Below, piece after piece: positions 27,411-35,941 of a DNA stretch of 64,000 nt (its first letter is position 1; every line of letters begins with the position of its first letter). The DNA comes from a virus. Location of the stretch: the IMG/VR virus record IMGVR_UViG_3300014913_001094, positions 1 through 64,000 of that record. One strand, written 5' to 3'. The position numbers and the translations under genes are program-made. The notes under the pieces were generated by a model. It was not told the origin of the DNA and ran no database searches. It was given only the letters and a program-made list of their open reading frames with translations.

Positions 27411-27830
27411 ATGTCCTGGATAAAAGGAAACGACATTGAAGAGGTATTGAGCTTTCTTATAAGTGAGACACCTCAGAAAACCACTGACGAAGCGTGCTAC
27501 GACGCATTGTTGGTATTCGACTTTTTTCCTACGTTGGGTCAGCAATTCGAAAACTCACCGGAGATTTCGGAGAAACAGATCCAGGCTTTCGTAAGAGAGC
27601 TTGACTGTGAAAGACTTTGCATAGATGCGAACGAAGTTATAAAGAAAGTCAAAAACTTTCGAAGCATCAGGCGAGTAATAGATGAGTTGATTCAGATGTT
27701 ATCGCAACAGGTCAAAGAACAACTTGCACGCAAGTATTTGTTTGAGATCTGGTTTAAACAGAATTCTAATGGTGATCTTGAAAACTTCAGAGGTAGTCTT
27801 AGGGAAGACTACTGGTCACCTAAAACTTAA
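27411..27830 (+). CDS. Hypothetical protein
   Basis: AAGGA RBS; 139 aa. Confidence 0.7.
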   Translation: MSWIKGNDIEEVLSFLISETPQKTTDEACYDALLVFDFFPTLGQQFENSPEISEKQIQAFVRELDCERLCIDANEVIKKVKNFRSIRRVIDELIQMLSQQVKEQLARKYLFEIWFKQNSNGDLENFRGSLREDYWSPKT

Positions 27831-27855
27831 CAACTCGTAGTAGAGGAGGAACTCT

Positions 27856-28440
27856 ATGACCTTATTTCCACTACAAGCATTTGAGCGTAACCCAATTGGG
27901 TTATTCCCGCTCGCAGCTAGTGTAGCGATTGAGGGCGGCATGGTTGGCGAAATTGTAGCCGCTGGTGGTGCTGGCAGTACTCCTGAGGTAGATATTATGA
28001 GCGACAGCGGAGCAGGCACTAAGCAGCTCTCACTAGTCGGTCTTCTTGATGATTCTACGTCAGGCGCTGGTTACGGTGGAGCTGTCTTTGGTACGCCTAT
28101 TAATGCAGGCACAACCGAAGCAACAGGAACACCCGCTGGACCTGCATCCCACTTCGCATCAGGTAAAGCAACAATTTGGACCGATTCCGGTCTTTATGCA
28201 ACAGACGTTTTTGATTCCAGTCTTTCTGATCTAACTGGTTTAACCCCAGGCGACCTGCTTTATTCAGGTACCGGTGGTTCTGCTGGCTTACTCATTACTG
28301 GTCTCACAGATGAAATCGGACGTTTCGTCCGTCGTTTTGAGGGCGGCATTGGTTCTGTAGATGCTTTTGATAGCTTCTTCATGCCTCGTGTTCAACCCCA
28401 ACTCGCTGGGTCCGTATACATGATCTTTAAATTCAAGTAA
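27856..28440 (+). CDS. Capsid decoration/cement protein
   Basis: Gly/Ala-rich 194 aa directly upstream of the MCP; GAGGAGG RBS; ASGKATIW..SGLYATDVFD. Confidence 0.7.
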   Translation: MTLFPLQAFERNPIGLFPLAASVAIEGGMVGEIVAAGGAGSTPEVDIMSDSGAGTKQLSLVGLLDDSTSGAGYGGAVFGTPINAGTTEATGTPAGPASHFASGKATIWTDSGLYATDVFDSSLSDLTGLTPGDLLYSGTGGSAGLLITGLTDEIGRFVRRFEGGIGSVDAFDSFFMPRVQPQLAGSVYMIFKFK

Positions 28441-28465
28441 AGCTGAGAGAATAGGAGTAAAATAG

Positions 28466-29509
28466 ATGAACCTTTTCAATGACAAAGGCGAAGTCAATGC
28501 GCATGATCGTGCAGAAGCTCTCCAGAATCTCATCCGCTATGCAAACATGCTTGGCTCTACTGAGCCTGCAGCTGCAGCAGCAGATGCTGATGGTCCCTCT
28601 TTCAGTGATGAAGCTAAAGAGGCAATGCTGGCACAAGCGCTCGCTTCCCCCGAAGGCAAAGTTGCCCTCGGTCAGGCAATGGCGAATCCAATTCGTCGAA
28701 ACTTAGACTATCAAGGTGTTGGTCGTAAAGCACTAATCGTAGATCCCCTTCCACAGGGCGCTCTACCAGTTTACGACAAAGATATTGACGTCTCCGCATG
28801 TATTATCGCTGCTAACGGTTCGGCTCCTGAGAGCCGTGTCCAAGGCGACCGTCTGATGGTTCCTGAGTTGGAAATCGTTTCCAATCCAACCGTCCGTATC
28901 GCTGAGGTTAAGCGTCGTCGATTCAACGTTATCGACAGAGCGCAGCAAAAAGCACGTCAAGAGATTCAAGCTCAAGAAGATGCTAACATTTTCTCCGCTA
29001 TCGATTTTTCATCAGATACAGCTGGTGGCTTCGGTGGTGAGAATGCTCGTACCGGTTTCGCCGGTGGTGCAGCTAGCCGTCTACAGCTTTTGGATCTACT
29101 TGATATTAAACAAAACATCGACAAGTGGGATTTAGTTACAGCTAAATTCTTCATGCACATCACACAGTTTACCGACCTTCTTGCGGTTGGTATGACTAAT
29201 GTTGGTGGCGCCGGTGTTGGTGGTCCAATCTATGGTGGCTTTGATCCGGTAACGGTCCGCGAAGTACTACAGACTGGTCTTTATGGTAGTATTTGGGGCG
29301 CTGACATGATCGTCAGCAAGATTGTACCACAAGGTACCGTCTATGGTCTCGCAGAGCCAGAATTTGTTGGTGTATTCCCTGTCCGTCAAGACATTGAAGT
29401 ACTACCTGCTGACGAACCAAAACAGCTGAAGCTAGGTTGGGTCGTTAATGAGATCGTCGGTGTTGGTATTGTTAATCCTAGAGGAATCGCATCCGCAGAT
29501 AACTCCTAA
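28466..29509 (+). CDS. Major capsid protein (HK97 fold)
   Basis: LGQAMANPIRRNLDYQGVGRKALIVDPLPQG, RQEIQAQED, TGLYGSIWGADMIVS, GWVVNEIVGVGIVNPRG; strong RBS and a downstream terminator. Confidence 0.92.
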   Translation: MNLFNDKGEVNAHDRAEALQNLIRYANMLGSTEPAAAAADADGPSFSDEAKEAMLAQALASPEGKVALGQAMANPIRRNLDYQGVGRKALIVDPLPQGALPVYDKDIDVSACIIAANGSAPESRVQGDRLMVPELEIVSNPTVRIAEVKRRRFNVIDRAQQKARQEIQAQEDANIFSAIDFSSDTAGGFGGENARTGFAGGAASRLQLLDLLDIKQNIDKWDLVTAKFFMHITQFTDLLAVGMTNVGGAGVGGPIYGGFDPVTVREVLQTGLYGSIWGADMIVSKIVPQGTVYGLAEPEFVGVFPVRQDIEVLPADEPKQLKLGWVVNEIVGVGIVNPRGIASADNS

Positions 29510-29558
29510 TAATACTTGGAGTTAAGAGCGAAGCAATTCTTTTAATTCGATATCTAAT

Positions 29559-29590
29559 AAGGGAGGTTACTAAGTAACCTCTCTTTTTTT
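29559..29590 (+). terminator. Intrinsic terminator after the MCP gene
   Basis: AAGGGAGGTTAC-TAA-GTAACCTCTCTT followed by a T tract. Confidence 0.85.
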
Positions 29591-29599
29591 ATAATTAAT

Positions 29600-29628
29600 G
29601 TGACAATCGTGTTCTTCTATTAGATAAA
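29600..29628 (+). promoter_or_regulatory. Sigma70-like promoter candidate (GTGACA-17-GATAAA)
   Basis: The same GTGACAA...ATAAAA pattern occurs at 30406 and 51773. Confidence 0.45.
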
Positions 29629-29633
29629 AGCAT

Positions 29634-30341
29634 ATGTCTACAAAATGGTCAAGAAAATATAACCACTGTCAGAATCGAGAGTGTCCTAATACTGTTAATG
29701 GGATTACTCGCATGAAACATAATGCGAAGGGGCTCTGTAAGAGCTGCTTTTCATCTGAGCACCGCCGTAAGAATCTTAAGCGGTCACAAGAAAATGAAGC
29801 TACTCGAAGAGTAAAGCCTGAAAATAGGGCAAAGCAAAAAGAAGCTCATGCAAAGTGGTACAGAGAACATGCAGAAGAACATATAGCTAATACAACTCAA
29901 TATCGCAAAGAGCATCCAGAACAATCTCGTAAGCATTGGGCTAAATACCGTGCAAACAATAGAGAAGCATGTAATGTAGCGTGTCGCAAACATTGGCATG
30001 CCAATAAGGAGGCTGAGTCAGAAAAGCGCAGACAGTGGCGTAAAAGTAATAAAGAAAAAGTGAGAATAAGCAATAACCGACGCCGCGCCCTCAAAGAAAA
30101 TGCAGAAGGCTCGTTTACTCTAGAAGAGTGGCTTGCCTGTATTGCTAGTTATAATCATCAATGTTATGGTTGTCTTTGTGTTTTTGATGAAGAAAATATT
30201 CCTACAGTAGATCATTCGACTCCTCTCTCAAGAGGAGGTTCAAATTATATTGACAATATTGAACCTCTATGTGGAAAATGTAATAGTAAAAAAGGAACAA
30301 AAACCAAAGAAGAATTCTTAACAAAAATTAACAGTTCCTAA
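29634..30341 (+). CDS. HNH (homing) endonuclease
   Basis: GSFTLEEW, CYGC, TVDHSTPLSRGGSNYIDNIEPLCGKCNSKK; basic helical N-terminus. Confidence 0.93.
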   Translation: MSTKWSRKYNHCQNRECPNTVNGITRMKHNAKGLCKSCFSSEHRRKNLKRSQENEATRRVKPENRAKQKEAHAKWYREHAEEHIANTTQYRKEHPEQSRKHWAKYRANNREACNVACRKHWHANKEAESEKRRQWRKSNKEKVRISNNRRRALKENAEGSFTLEEWLACIASYNHQCYGCLCVFDEENIPTVDHSTPLSRGGSNYIDNIEPLCGKCNSKKGTKTKEEFLTKINSS

Positions 30342-30362
30342 GCCCAATATTTAGGATACCAT

Positions 30363-30396
30363 AGGGACTGACTTCGGTCAGTCCCTTATTTTTTTT
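30363..30396 (+). terminator. Intrinsic terminator with cUUCGg tetraloop
   Basis: AGGGACTGAC-TTCG-GTCAGTCCCT followed by T8. Confidence 0.9.
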
Positions 30397-30405
30397 GGAA
30401 AAGCG

Positions 30406-30433
30406 GTGACAAGAATGAACAACTATATATAAA
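30406..30433 (+). promoter_or_regulatory. Sigma70-like promoter candidate (GTGACA-16-TATAAA)
   Basis: Recurring motif; lies upstream of the protease/IMPDH operon. Confidence 0.5.
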
Positions 30434-30476
30434 AATATAGAGTATTAAATGTAGTAACGAAAAGAAAGGAAGCAGA

Positions 30477-31301
30477 ATGCTCAAAATCACCGCTATTGTA
30501 GTAGTCCTTTGTGGTCTCCTCTTAACTCCCACCTTTGCTGATCAACAAGTCAGAGACATGCATGATCAACTAATGAAAACGGTTGTACGAGTTTCAACAG
30601 AGGGAGGTACTGGCTCTGGTACTGTCATTTATTGTGATGATAGAGACGAGGCAGGCAAATTTGAGACTTATGTTTTAACTAACTATCACGTCATCAGCGA
30701 TGCAATCAACTTCGAAGAGCGTTGGGATTCTAATAGTAAAAGTATGAAAAAAATTCAAGAGCTCGACAGAGTTGAAGTTGAAATTTTTCTATACAATAAT
30801 GAAGGTACAGCTCAAGGTCAAAATGTATTTCAAGCTGACATTATAGCCTATGATGAAAAGGGAGATATAGCCATACTTAAGCTATATACCACCAGAAGCA
30901 TTACGGCTGATGCAAGAGTCGCACCTCTTCTTCCTGAAGGCGCTAGGTTGCAGGTATTTCAGGTAGTATATAATGTTGGATGCTCTCTTGCACATGAACC
31001 AATTCCGACAAAAGGAATGATCACTGATACAGACGATACAATTGATAATCGTCGATATGTAATGACCAACGCAGATATCATTTTTGGTAACAGTGGTGGT
31101 GCTTGTTTTGTTCAACACAATGGTGTGTGGCATCTTGCTGGCATTCCTGCTCGTGGACGAGTTGCCCAAGGTAATATGGTTACTCATATGAACTGGATTG
31201 TTCCTATCGAAAGAATTCGTGATTTCATCATTAAAGAAGAGCTCACTTTTCTTCTCAATAGGAAAGTAACACCAAAGAAAAGTAAAGGTGTAATTCTCTA
31301 G
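30477..31301 (+). CDS. Trypsin-like (S1) serine protease with signal peptide
   Basis: Hydrophobic N-terminus; GSG, TNYHV, DIAIL and GNSGG triad motifs. Confidence 0.9.
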   Translation: MLKITAIVVVLCGLLLTPTFADQQVRDMHDQLMKTVVRVSTEGGTGSGTVIYCDDRDEAGKFETYVLTNYHVISDAINFEERWDSNSKSMKKIQELDRVEVEIFLYNNEGTAQGQNVFQADIIAYDEKGDIAILKLYTTRSITADARVAPLLPEGARLQVFQVVYNVGCSLAHEPIPTKGMITDTDDTIDNRRYVMTNADIIFGNSGGACFVQHNGVWHLAGIPARGRVAQGNMVTHMNWIVPIERIRDFIIKEELTFLLNRKVTPKKSKGVIL

Positions 31302-31309
31302 GAGATCAA

Positions 31310-31498
31310 ATGAATATGGAAGCTGAAGCAGAGAGTTTGAAGATTCAAATTATGGAACTTCAGCGTATGGAATTTGATATTCAAGAAGACATTGAAAAAC
31401 TTTATCAAGACCTCGAGAGAGTACGCAAAGAGCGTACTCTCAAAGAGACTCAGCTTCGTTTAATAGAAGATAAGCAACTTGGTAGGACTGAAGAGTAG
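31310..31498 (+). CDS. Small coiled-coil protein
   Basis: AGGAG RBS; heptad pattern. Confidence 0.7.
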   Translation: MNMEAEAESLKIQIMELQRMEFDIQEDIEKLYQDLERVRKERTLKETQLRLIEDKQLGRTEE

Positions 31499-31508
31499 AA
31501 AGAAAGAA

Positions 31509-32543
31509 ATGTTTGAGAATATTCCCACAGGCTATTTTTATGAAGACCTTTTATTGAGACCTTGTGGTAGTGAAGTCATGTCTCGTATGGATGTTAATAT
31601 GTCAACAGAATTGTTGCCAGGAATAGTTCTCAAGGCTCCAATTATTTCTTCGCCAATGTCTTCAATAACTGAATCAAAGATGGCTATTAAAATGCATGAA
31701 GTCGGTGGATTGGGCATTCTTCATCGCTTTGCAAGCCTTACTCACCTTGAGCAAGAAATGAAAATAATAGGCAAAGAAGTCCCGAAGTCTCATCGTGCTT
31801 TTGCTGTTGGAATTAAAGAAGCCGATACTGCTCTTCTTAGACTCTTAACTCCTCATGCAGATATTATTTGTGTTGATGTTAATGTAGGTCACCATGTTAA
31901 AACGATAGAAATGATCAAATATATTCGTCATGCATATCCTGATCATCAAGTAATTGCTGGAAGTGTCTCAACAGCAGAAGGTACAACAGACTTATGTAAA
32001 GCAGGAGCTCACTGCATTAGAGCGACCAATGGGGGCGGCAGTATGTGTACCACTTTAATTGAAACTGGCGTTGGTGTTCCAACTGCTACTTCGCTTGCTG
32101 AATGTGTTCAAGCTGCTGATCAATATGGAGTAACAGTTATTGCAGATGGTGGCATTACAGGCTCAGGTACCATTGTTAAAGCTCTTGCAATAGGAGCAGA
32201 TGCTGCAATGACTGGTTCATTGTTATCAGGTTCTTCTGCAATTCCAACTGAAGCATTTTTTCTTGATGAAGATGGTAATTATAAAGCTCATTATTATGGA
32301 ATGGCATCGAGAGAGGCGCAGTTGCGCCGTGGCGATGAAGTTAGAGAAGGTACAGCTCCAGAAGGAATTAGTCGAAGTGTGCCAGTACGAGGAAAAACAA
32401 GTGTCATACTTGAGAGATTGATTAATGGGATTAGATCAGGTATGTCGCAGGTAAATGCAAAAGATCTGTCAGCTCTAAGAGCTAATGCACAATGGGTAAA
32501 AGTAAATAAGTGGCCAAATTCGTTTTCAGGAAAAATGAAATAA
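31509..32543 (+). CDS. IMP dehydrogenase / GMP reductase family protein (no CBS domain)
   Basis: PIISSPM, GGLGILHRF, GGGSMCTT catalytic loop, VIADGGI, YYGMAS, APEG, GIRSGMS. Confidence 0.9.
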   Translation: MFENIPTGYFYEDLLLRPCGSEVMSRMDVNMSTELLPGIVLKAPIISSPMSSITESKMAIKMHEVGGLGILHRFASLTHLEQEMKIIGKEVPKSHRAFAVGIKEADTALLRLLTPHADIICVDVNVGHHVKTIEMIKYIRHAYPDHQVIAGSVSTAEGTTDLCKAGAHCIRATNGGGSMCTTLIETGVGVPTATSLAECVQAADQYGVTVIADGGITGSGTIVKALAIGADAAMTGSLLSGSSAIPTEAFFLDEDGNYKAHYYGMASREAQLRRGDEVREGTAPEGISRSVPVRGKTSVILERLINGIRSGMSQVNAKDLSALRANAQWVKVNKWPNSFSGKMK

Positions 32544-32951
32544 ATGTTTAAAAGCAAGAAGATCAAAGAGATAGAGAAGTTATGGGAACAAGTCCTCATG
32601 CTTTATACAGCAGTACAGATCACGGAGCTCAAAGACAAAAGACAAGCAGAAAAGGCTTTTGTTTCCGTAAGTATGAAAACAATAGGACTATATCCAAAGA
32701 AAAAGATCAATAAAACTATTCTGAGAGCGATGATTTTTCTTAAAAGAATAGCAGCGGATAAGGCAATGTACGATTCAGTTAAGGTAATAGACTACATAAC
32801 TGGAGGACATAATGCAAGTAGAAAATTTAAAGGAGAGCTTCGAGATCGCATCATAGCTCATTTTTGGCAATATGCATCAAACTATTGTACTATAATTATT
32901 AATGCTGAGAAGACAAATCCCATGGTTCCTGGAACATCCTTCAGAAAGTAA
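32544..32951 (+). CDS. Hypothetical protein
   Basis: 135-aa ORF abutting the upstream stop codon. Confidence 0.7.
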   Translation: MFKSKKIKEIEKLWEQVLMLYTAVQITELKDKRQAEKAFVSVSMKTIGLYPKKKINKTILRAMIFLKRIAADKAMYDSVKVIDYITGGHNASRKFKGELRDRIIAHFWQYASNYCTIIINAEKTNPMVPGTSFRK

Positions 32952-32960
32952 GGAAGAGGT

Positions 32961-33854
32961 ATGAGTAAGAAGAACAAGAATAAAAAGAAAAACAAAAACA
33001 AAAAAGCACAACGATCCAAGGTGTTACCAGAAGTATCTCAACAAGTGCCTCAACAAGCATTGAAGCCTTTTGCTGAGATGACTACCGAAGAAAAGATTGA
33101 GACAATCAATCGAGGACATTCATTTTTTGATAAGCAAGCTACCCTGGATGATTTTAGTATTATGATTGCAACACCCCATTCTTATGACTTTGTCTATAAA
33201 GAATGGTTTGCTATGTATGAGCGTTTGATGAAACCTAAATCTGCAAGACTTTATATGGATCCTAGTCTTCCTCTCTCTGTTAATCGTAACAATTGTGTAG
33301 AAGAAGCTCAAAAGTCGGGTGTGGATTTTTTGATGTTTATTGATCATGATAATATTTTACCGCCTGATACAATTTTAAAATTTATTGAACATAATGCTCC
33401 AATTGTCGGTGGTTTATATTTTGAACGCAAGTATCCTCATCTTCCTGTATGCTATGTTTTTGAGAAGGATCGTCAAACGGTAAGAGTTGTGTATGATTAC
33501 AAAAAAGGACTTGTCCCTGTTCATGTAACAGGACTGGGTTGTACTCTGTTTGATATGAGAGTTTTTGATGTCATTGACGCTCCCTGGTTTTGTTATGAGC
33601 ACGATGGACACTCTTGGGGTACAGAAGATATTGGATTTTTTCATAAAGTAATGGATGTAGGTATTAATACTTTTATGGATACAGCACATACAGTTGGACA
33701 CTATACTCAAACAGTTATAGATGAAGGTGACTGGCTTGAATACAAGCCTGGTTATTTGGAAGAAGTTAATAAAAAGGCACAGGAGTTTGGTGGGAATTCA
33801 GTCTACGTCGATAAGCGTAAAAATCAAATTCTACCCTCTCCAAGTGGTCAATGA
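32961..33854 (+). CDS. GT-A fold (GT2-like) glycosyltransferase
   Basis: RNNCV..A...VDFLMFIDHD, GLGCTLF..VF...PWF, GTEDIGF. Confidence 0.85.
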   Translation: MSKKNKNKKKNKNKKAQRSKVLPEVSQQVPQQALKPFAEMTTEEKIETINRGHSFFDKQATLDDFSIMIATPHSYDFVYKEWFAMYERLMKPKSARLYMDPSLPLSVNRNNCVEEAQKSGVDFLMFIDHDNILPPDTILKFIEHNAPIVGGLYFERKYPHLPVCYVFEKDRQTVRVVYDYKKGLVPVHVTGLGCTLFDMRVFDVIDAPWFCYEHDGHSWGTEDIGFFHKVMDVGINTFMDTAHTVGHYTQTVIDEGDWLEYKPGYLEEVNKKAQEFGGNSVYVDKRKNQILPSPSGQ

Positions 33855-33867
33855 AAAAGGAGTAAAG

Positions 33868-34428
33868 ATGAAAGTAAGAAACATTAGTAGACTGTTTTGG
33901 CCAAAAGGAATGGAACTATCTAGAGATTTACAATCAGGAGAAGAAGGTGTAGTTCTTGCAGAGGCAGAAAATAATGATAGGCTTCGTAATGCTATCGCTT
34001 CTGGGGTTCTTGAGATTGTTACTGAAGTGACACATATTCAAACTTCTGCTGGTATTGTTCAAATTGTTCAAGGAGATGATCCATTTGAATCTTCTATTGG
34101 ACAAGAAGCAATCAATCCCGCAATGGCAGAAACAAAGAGAGGCGCAGTTCGTCGCTTAACGGAAGCGGAGGCCTCTAAAGTAGCGAAAGAAGTGTCTACT
34201 GAAAAGTCGGAGATTGACGGATTTAAGCATCGTAAAGGTGGTGCTAAAGTTAAGTTTGTCAAAGAAATGACCGACGTTAAGGCGCTAAGACAAGTTTTGA
34301 GTCTCTCTAAAGGAGCAAAAGTTCTTGCTGCTGCACAGGCAAGGATTGAAGAGCTCAGTAATGTAGCTAAGGCTCCTGAAGAAATGATTCAATCAGTCCC
34401 AGCTCCAGAAGATAATAATGATAGTTAA
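33868..34428 (+). CDS. Hypothetical protein (short N-terminal domain shared with 34418 and 61517; helical C-terminal domain)
   Basis: AAGGAG RBS before ATG 33868; MKVRNIS...LRNAIASGVLEIV. Confidence 0.7.
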   Translation: MKVRNISRLFWPKGMELSRDLQSGEEGVVLAEAENNDRLRNAIASGVLEIVTEVTHIQTSAGIVQIVQGDDPFESSIGQEAINPAMAETKRGAVRRLTEAEASKVAKEVSTEKSEIDGFKHRKGGAKVKFVKEMTDVKALRQVLSLSKGAKVLAAAQARIEELSNVAKAPEEMIQSVPAPEDNNDS

Positions 34429-35029
34429 AAATATTTCCATCACTATTCAAGAGTTTCCTGGCTTAGGCGGATTGCGTTTAATGCCAGGAGAACAGCAAGA
34501 TATAAGTAATTTTAGCCAAAGAGAACGAGATAACTCTTACGAATTGCAAGAAGCTTTTCGTAAGGGTGATCTCATTTGTATTGGAGTTGGTAAGAGTGAT
34601 CGTCCTGATATCGATCCAAAGATGCGAGTTGCTCGAGCTCGATTTATGGAAAAAATTGAAGAACAACCTCTTCTTGATGATCGTCATGAACAAAAAGAAA
34701 CGCTAACACACGAAGATGAAAGAACAGGGGTTACTATTATTGATAATCCTCACGCTTTTATTACTATGAATGAAGAGGGAGTAACACAAGTACAGCACAT
34801 CGTTCCTCCCCCAAAAACCCCTCCTCCACCAAAGCCTCCTGTTGAGCATCCTACTATTACGCCTGAGCGTGCCCGTGAAATTCTTAGTCAACAATGTTTA
34901 GGGACCCGCACAAATGGCCGCGAATGTCGCCGCCGTGCTGTAAAGGGTTACGAGCACTGTCTTGTTCATATGCCACCTGAAATTAAGGCAGAATATAAAA
35001 GACGTAAAAAACAACAATTTTTCGATTAA
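34418..35029 (+). CDS. Hypothetical protein with C-terminal CCCH-type Zn finger
   Basis: MIVKNIS...ELQEAFRKGDL; Pro-rich linker; C.GTRTNG..C..........C..H. Confidence 0.75.
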   Translation: MIVKNISITIQEFPGLGGLRLMPGEQQDISNFSQRERDNSYELQEAFRKGDLICIGVGKSDRPDIDPKMRVARARFMEKIEEQPLLDDRHEQKETLTHEDERTGVTIIDNPHAFITMNEEGVTQVQHIVPPPKTPPPPKPPVEHPTITPERAREILSQQCLGTRTNGRECRRRAVKGYEHCLVHMPPEIKAEYKRRKKQQFFD

Positions 35030-35040
35030 GACATCCCAAC

Positions 35041-35069
35041 AAATCTATCGATATTTCTCCTTAATAATG
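35041..35069 (+). promoter_or_regulatory. Putative phage late promoter, copy 4
   Basis: AAATCTATCGATATTTCTCCTTAATAATG. Confidence 0.65.
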
Positions 35070-35115
35070 GAAGGATTGTATATATCCTATACACCCATTT
35101 GAACGGGAGTTATAT

Positions 35116-35490
35116 ATGGTTGAGATTATTGGTGGACAAGTCTTAAGATATTCTGTCTTCGGAAACGAAGCAGTATCTATTCCTTTTGTAGGGACTACTA
35201 CAAGTACAGCAGCCTATGGAGGCGAACATCCTCCAATCTTTATCTACACTGGTTTCTCTGTTTCAGGTGCAAATACTTCATTTGAGAGAGAGTTTGGACC
35301 GCGTGATGCTGAGATAATTTACGATTTCAGGGATGACAGAAGTGCAGCACGAATACGAGTAAGAGCTCCAATAGATCCTTGTCTAAACGGATTTTATGTT
35401 GATTTCTCACAAGAACCTGGCTTCAATGAACCTTTTGTATTGAGATTCAACTGGATAGCAGTTGGCGGTTCGATATCGTGTGATAATTAG
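35116..35490 (+). CDS. Small beta-sandwich protein resembling fibre-tip (gp53-like/H-lectin-like) domains
   Basis: SIPF...PP.F, GFYV, FNWIAVG C-terminal pattern. Confidence 0.5.
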   Translation: MVEIIGGQVLRYSVFGNEAVSIPFVGTTTSTAAYGGEHPPIFIYTGFSVSGANTSFEREFGPRDAEIIYDFRDDRSAARIRVRAPIDPCLNGFYVDFSQEPGFNEPFVLRFNWIAVGGSISCDN

Positions 35491-35502
35491 GAAGGGCATG
35501 AC

Positions 35503-35937
35503 GTGGTAGCAAAAGTAGCAGTTATCTATCGTAAAGAAGATGGAAAAATCGTCAGAGTAACGACGTTGACTCCATTGACTGAGCGCACTATAACAGAAGA
35601 AGATATGGCAATCTTCATGCCTGGCATTAAGCTTGACAGTTTTGCTATGGTCCTCATTCAAGGTAAGCAATATCTAGATATTGAGAGATATCGTGTTAAT
35701 GTTAGTGCTGATGGTGAATATCTTGGAATCATTGAGGACGAAGATATTGAGATTATGAGTGCAATTGATTCAAGTGCAGAAATAACAGATGGACTTCTTG
35801 ACAGAGAAGCAAGCATAGTAATCAGTGTATTAAGTGTTATTGATGATCAAGCAAGACTATTAAAATACAAAGAGATTGAGATTAAGGGTAAGAATAGAAC
35901 AGAGATATTGAATTTCTTTAAGCAAAGGGGTCTATAG
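35503..35937 (+). CDS. Hypothetical protein
   Basis: GTG start; C-terminal D..RL....E.E..GKNR..IL helical motif. Confidence 0.65.
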   Translation: MVAKVAVIYRKEDGKIVRVTTLTPLTERTITEEDMAIFMPGIKLDSFAMVLIQGKQYLDIERYRVNVSADGEYLGIIEDEDIEIMSAIDSSAEITDGLLDREASIVISVLSVIDDQARLLKYKEIEIKGKNRTEILNFFKQRGL

Positions 35938-35941
35938 AAAT

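Noticed and set aside
29500-30356. Small hairpins overlapping the MCP and HNH stop codons as an insertion target duplication
   Set aside because: Only TCCTAA is shared, which is too short to distinguish from chance.
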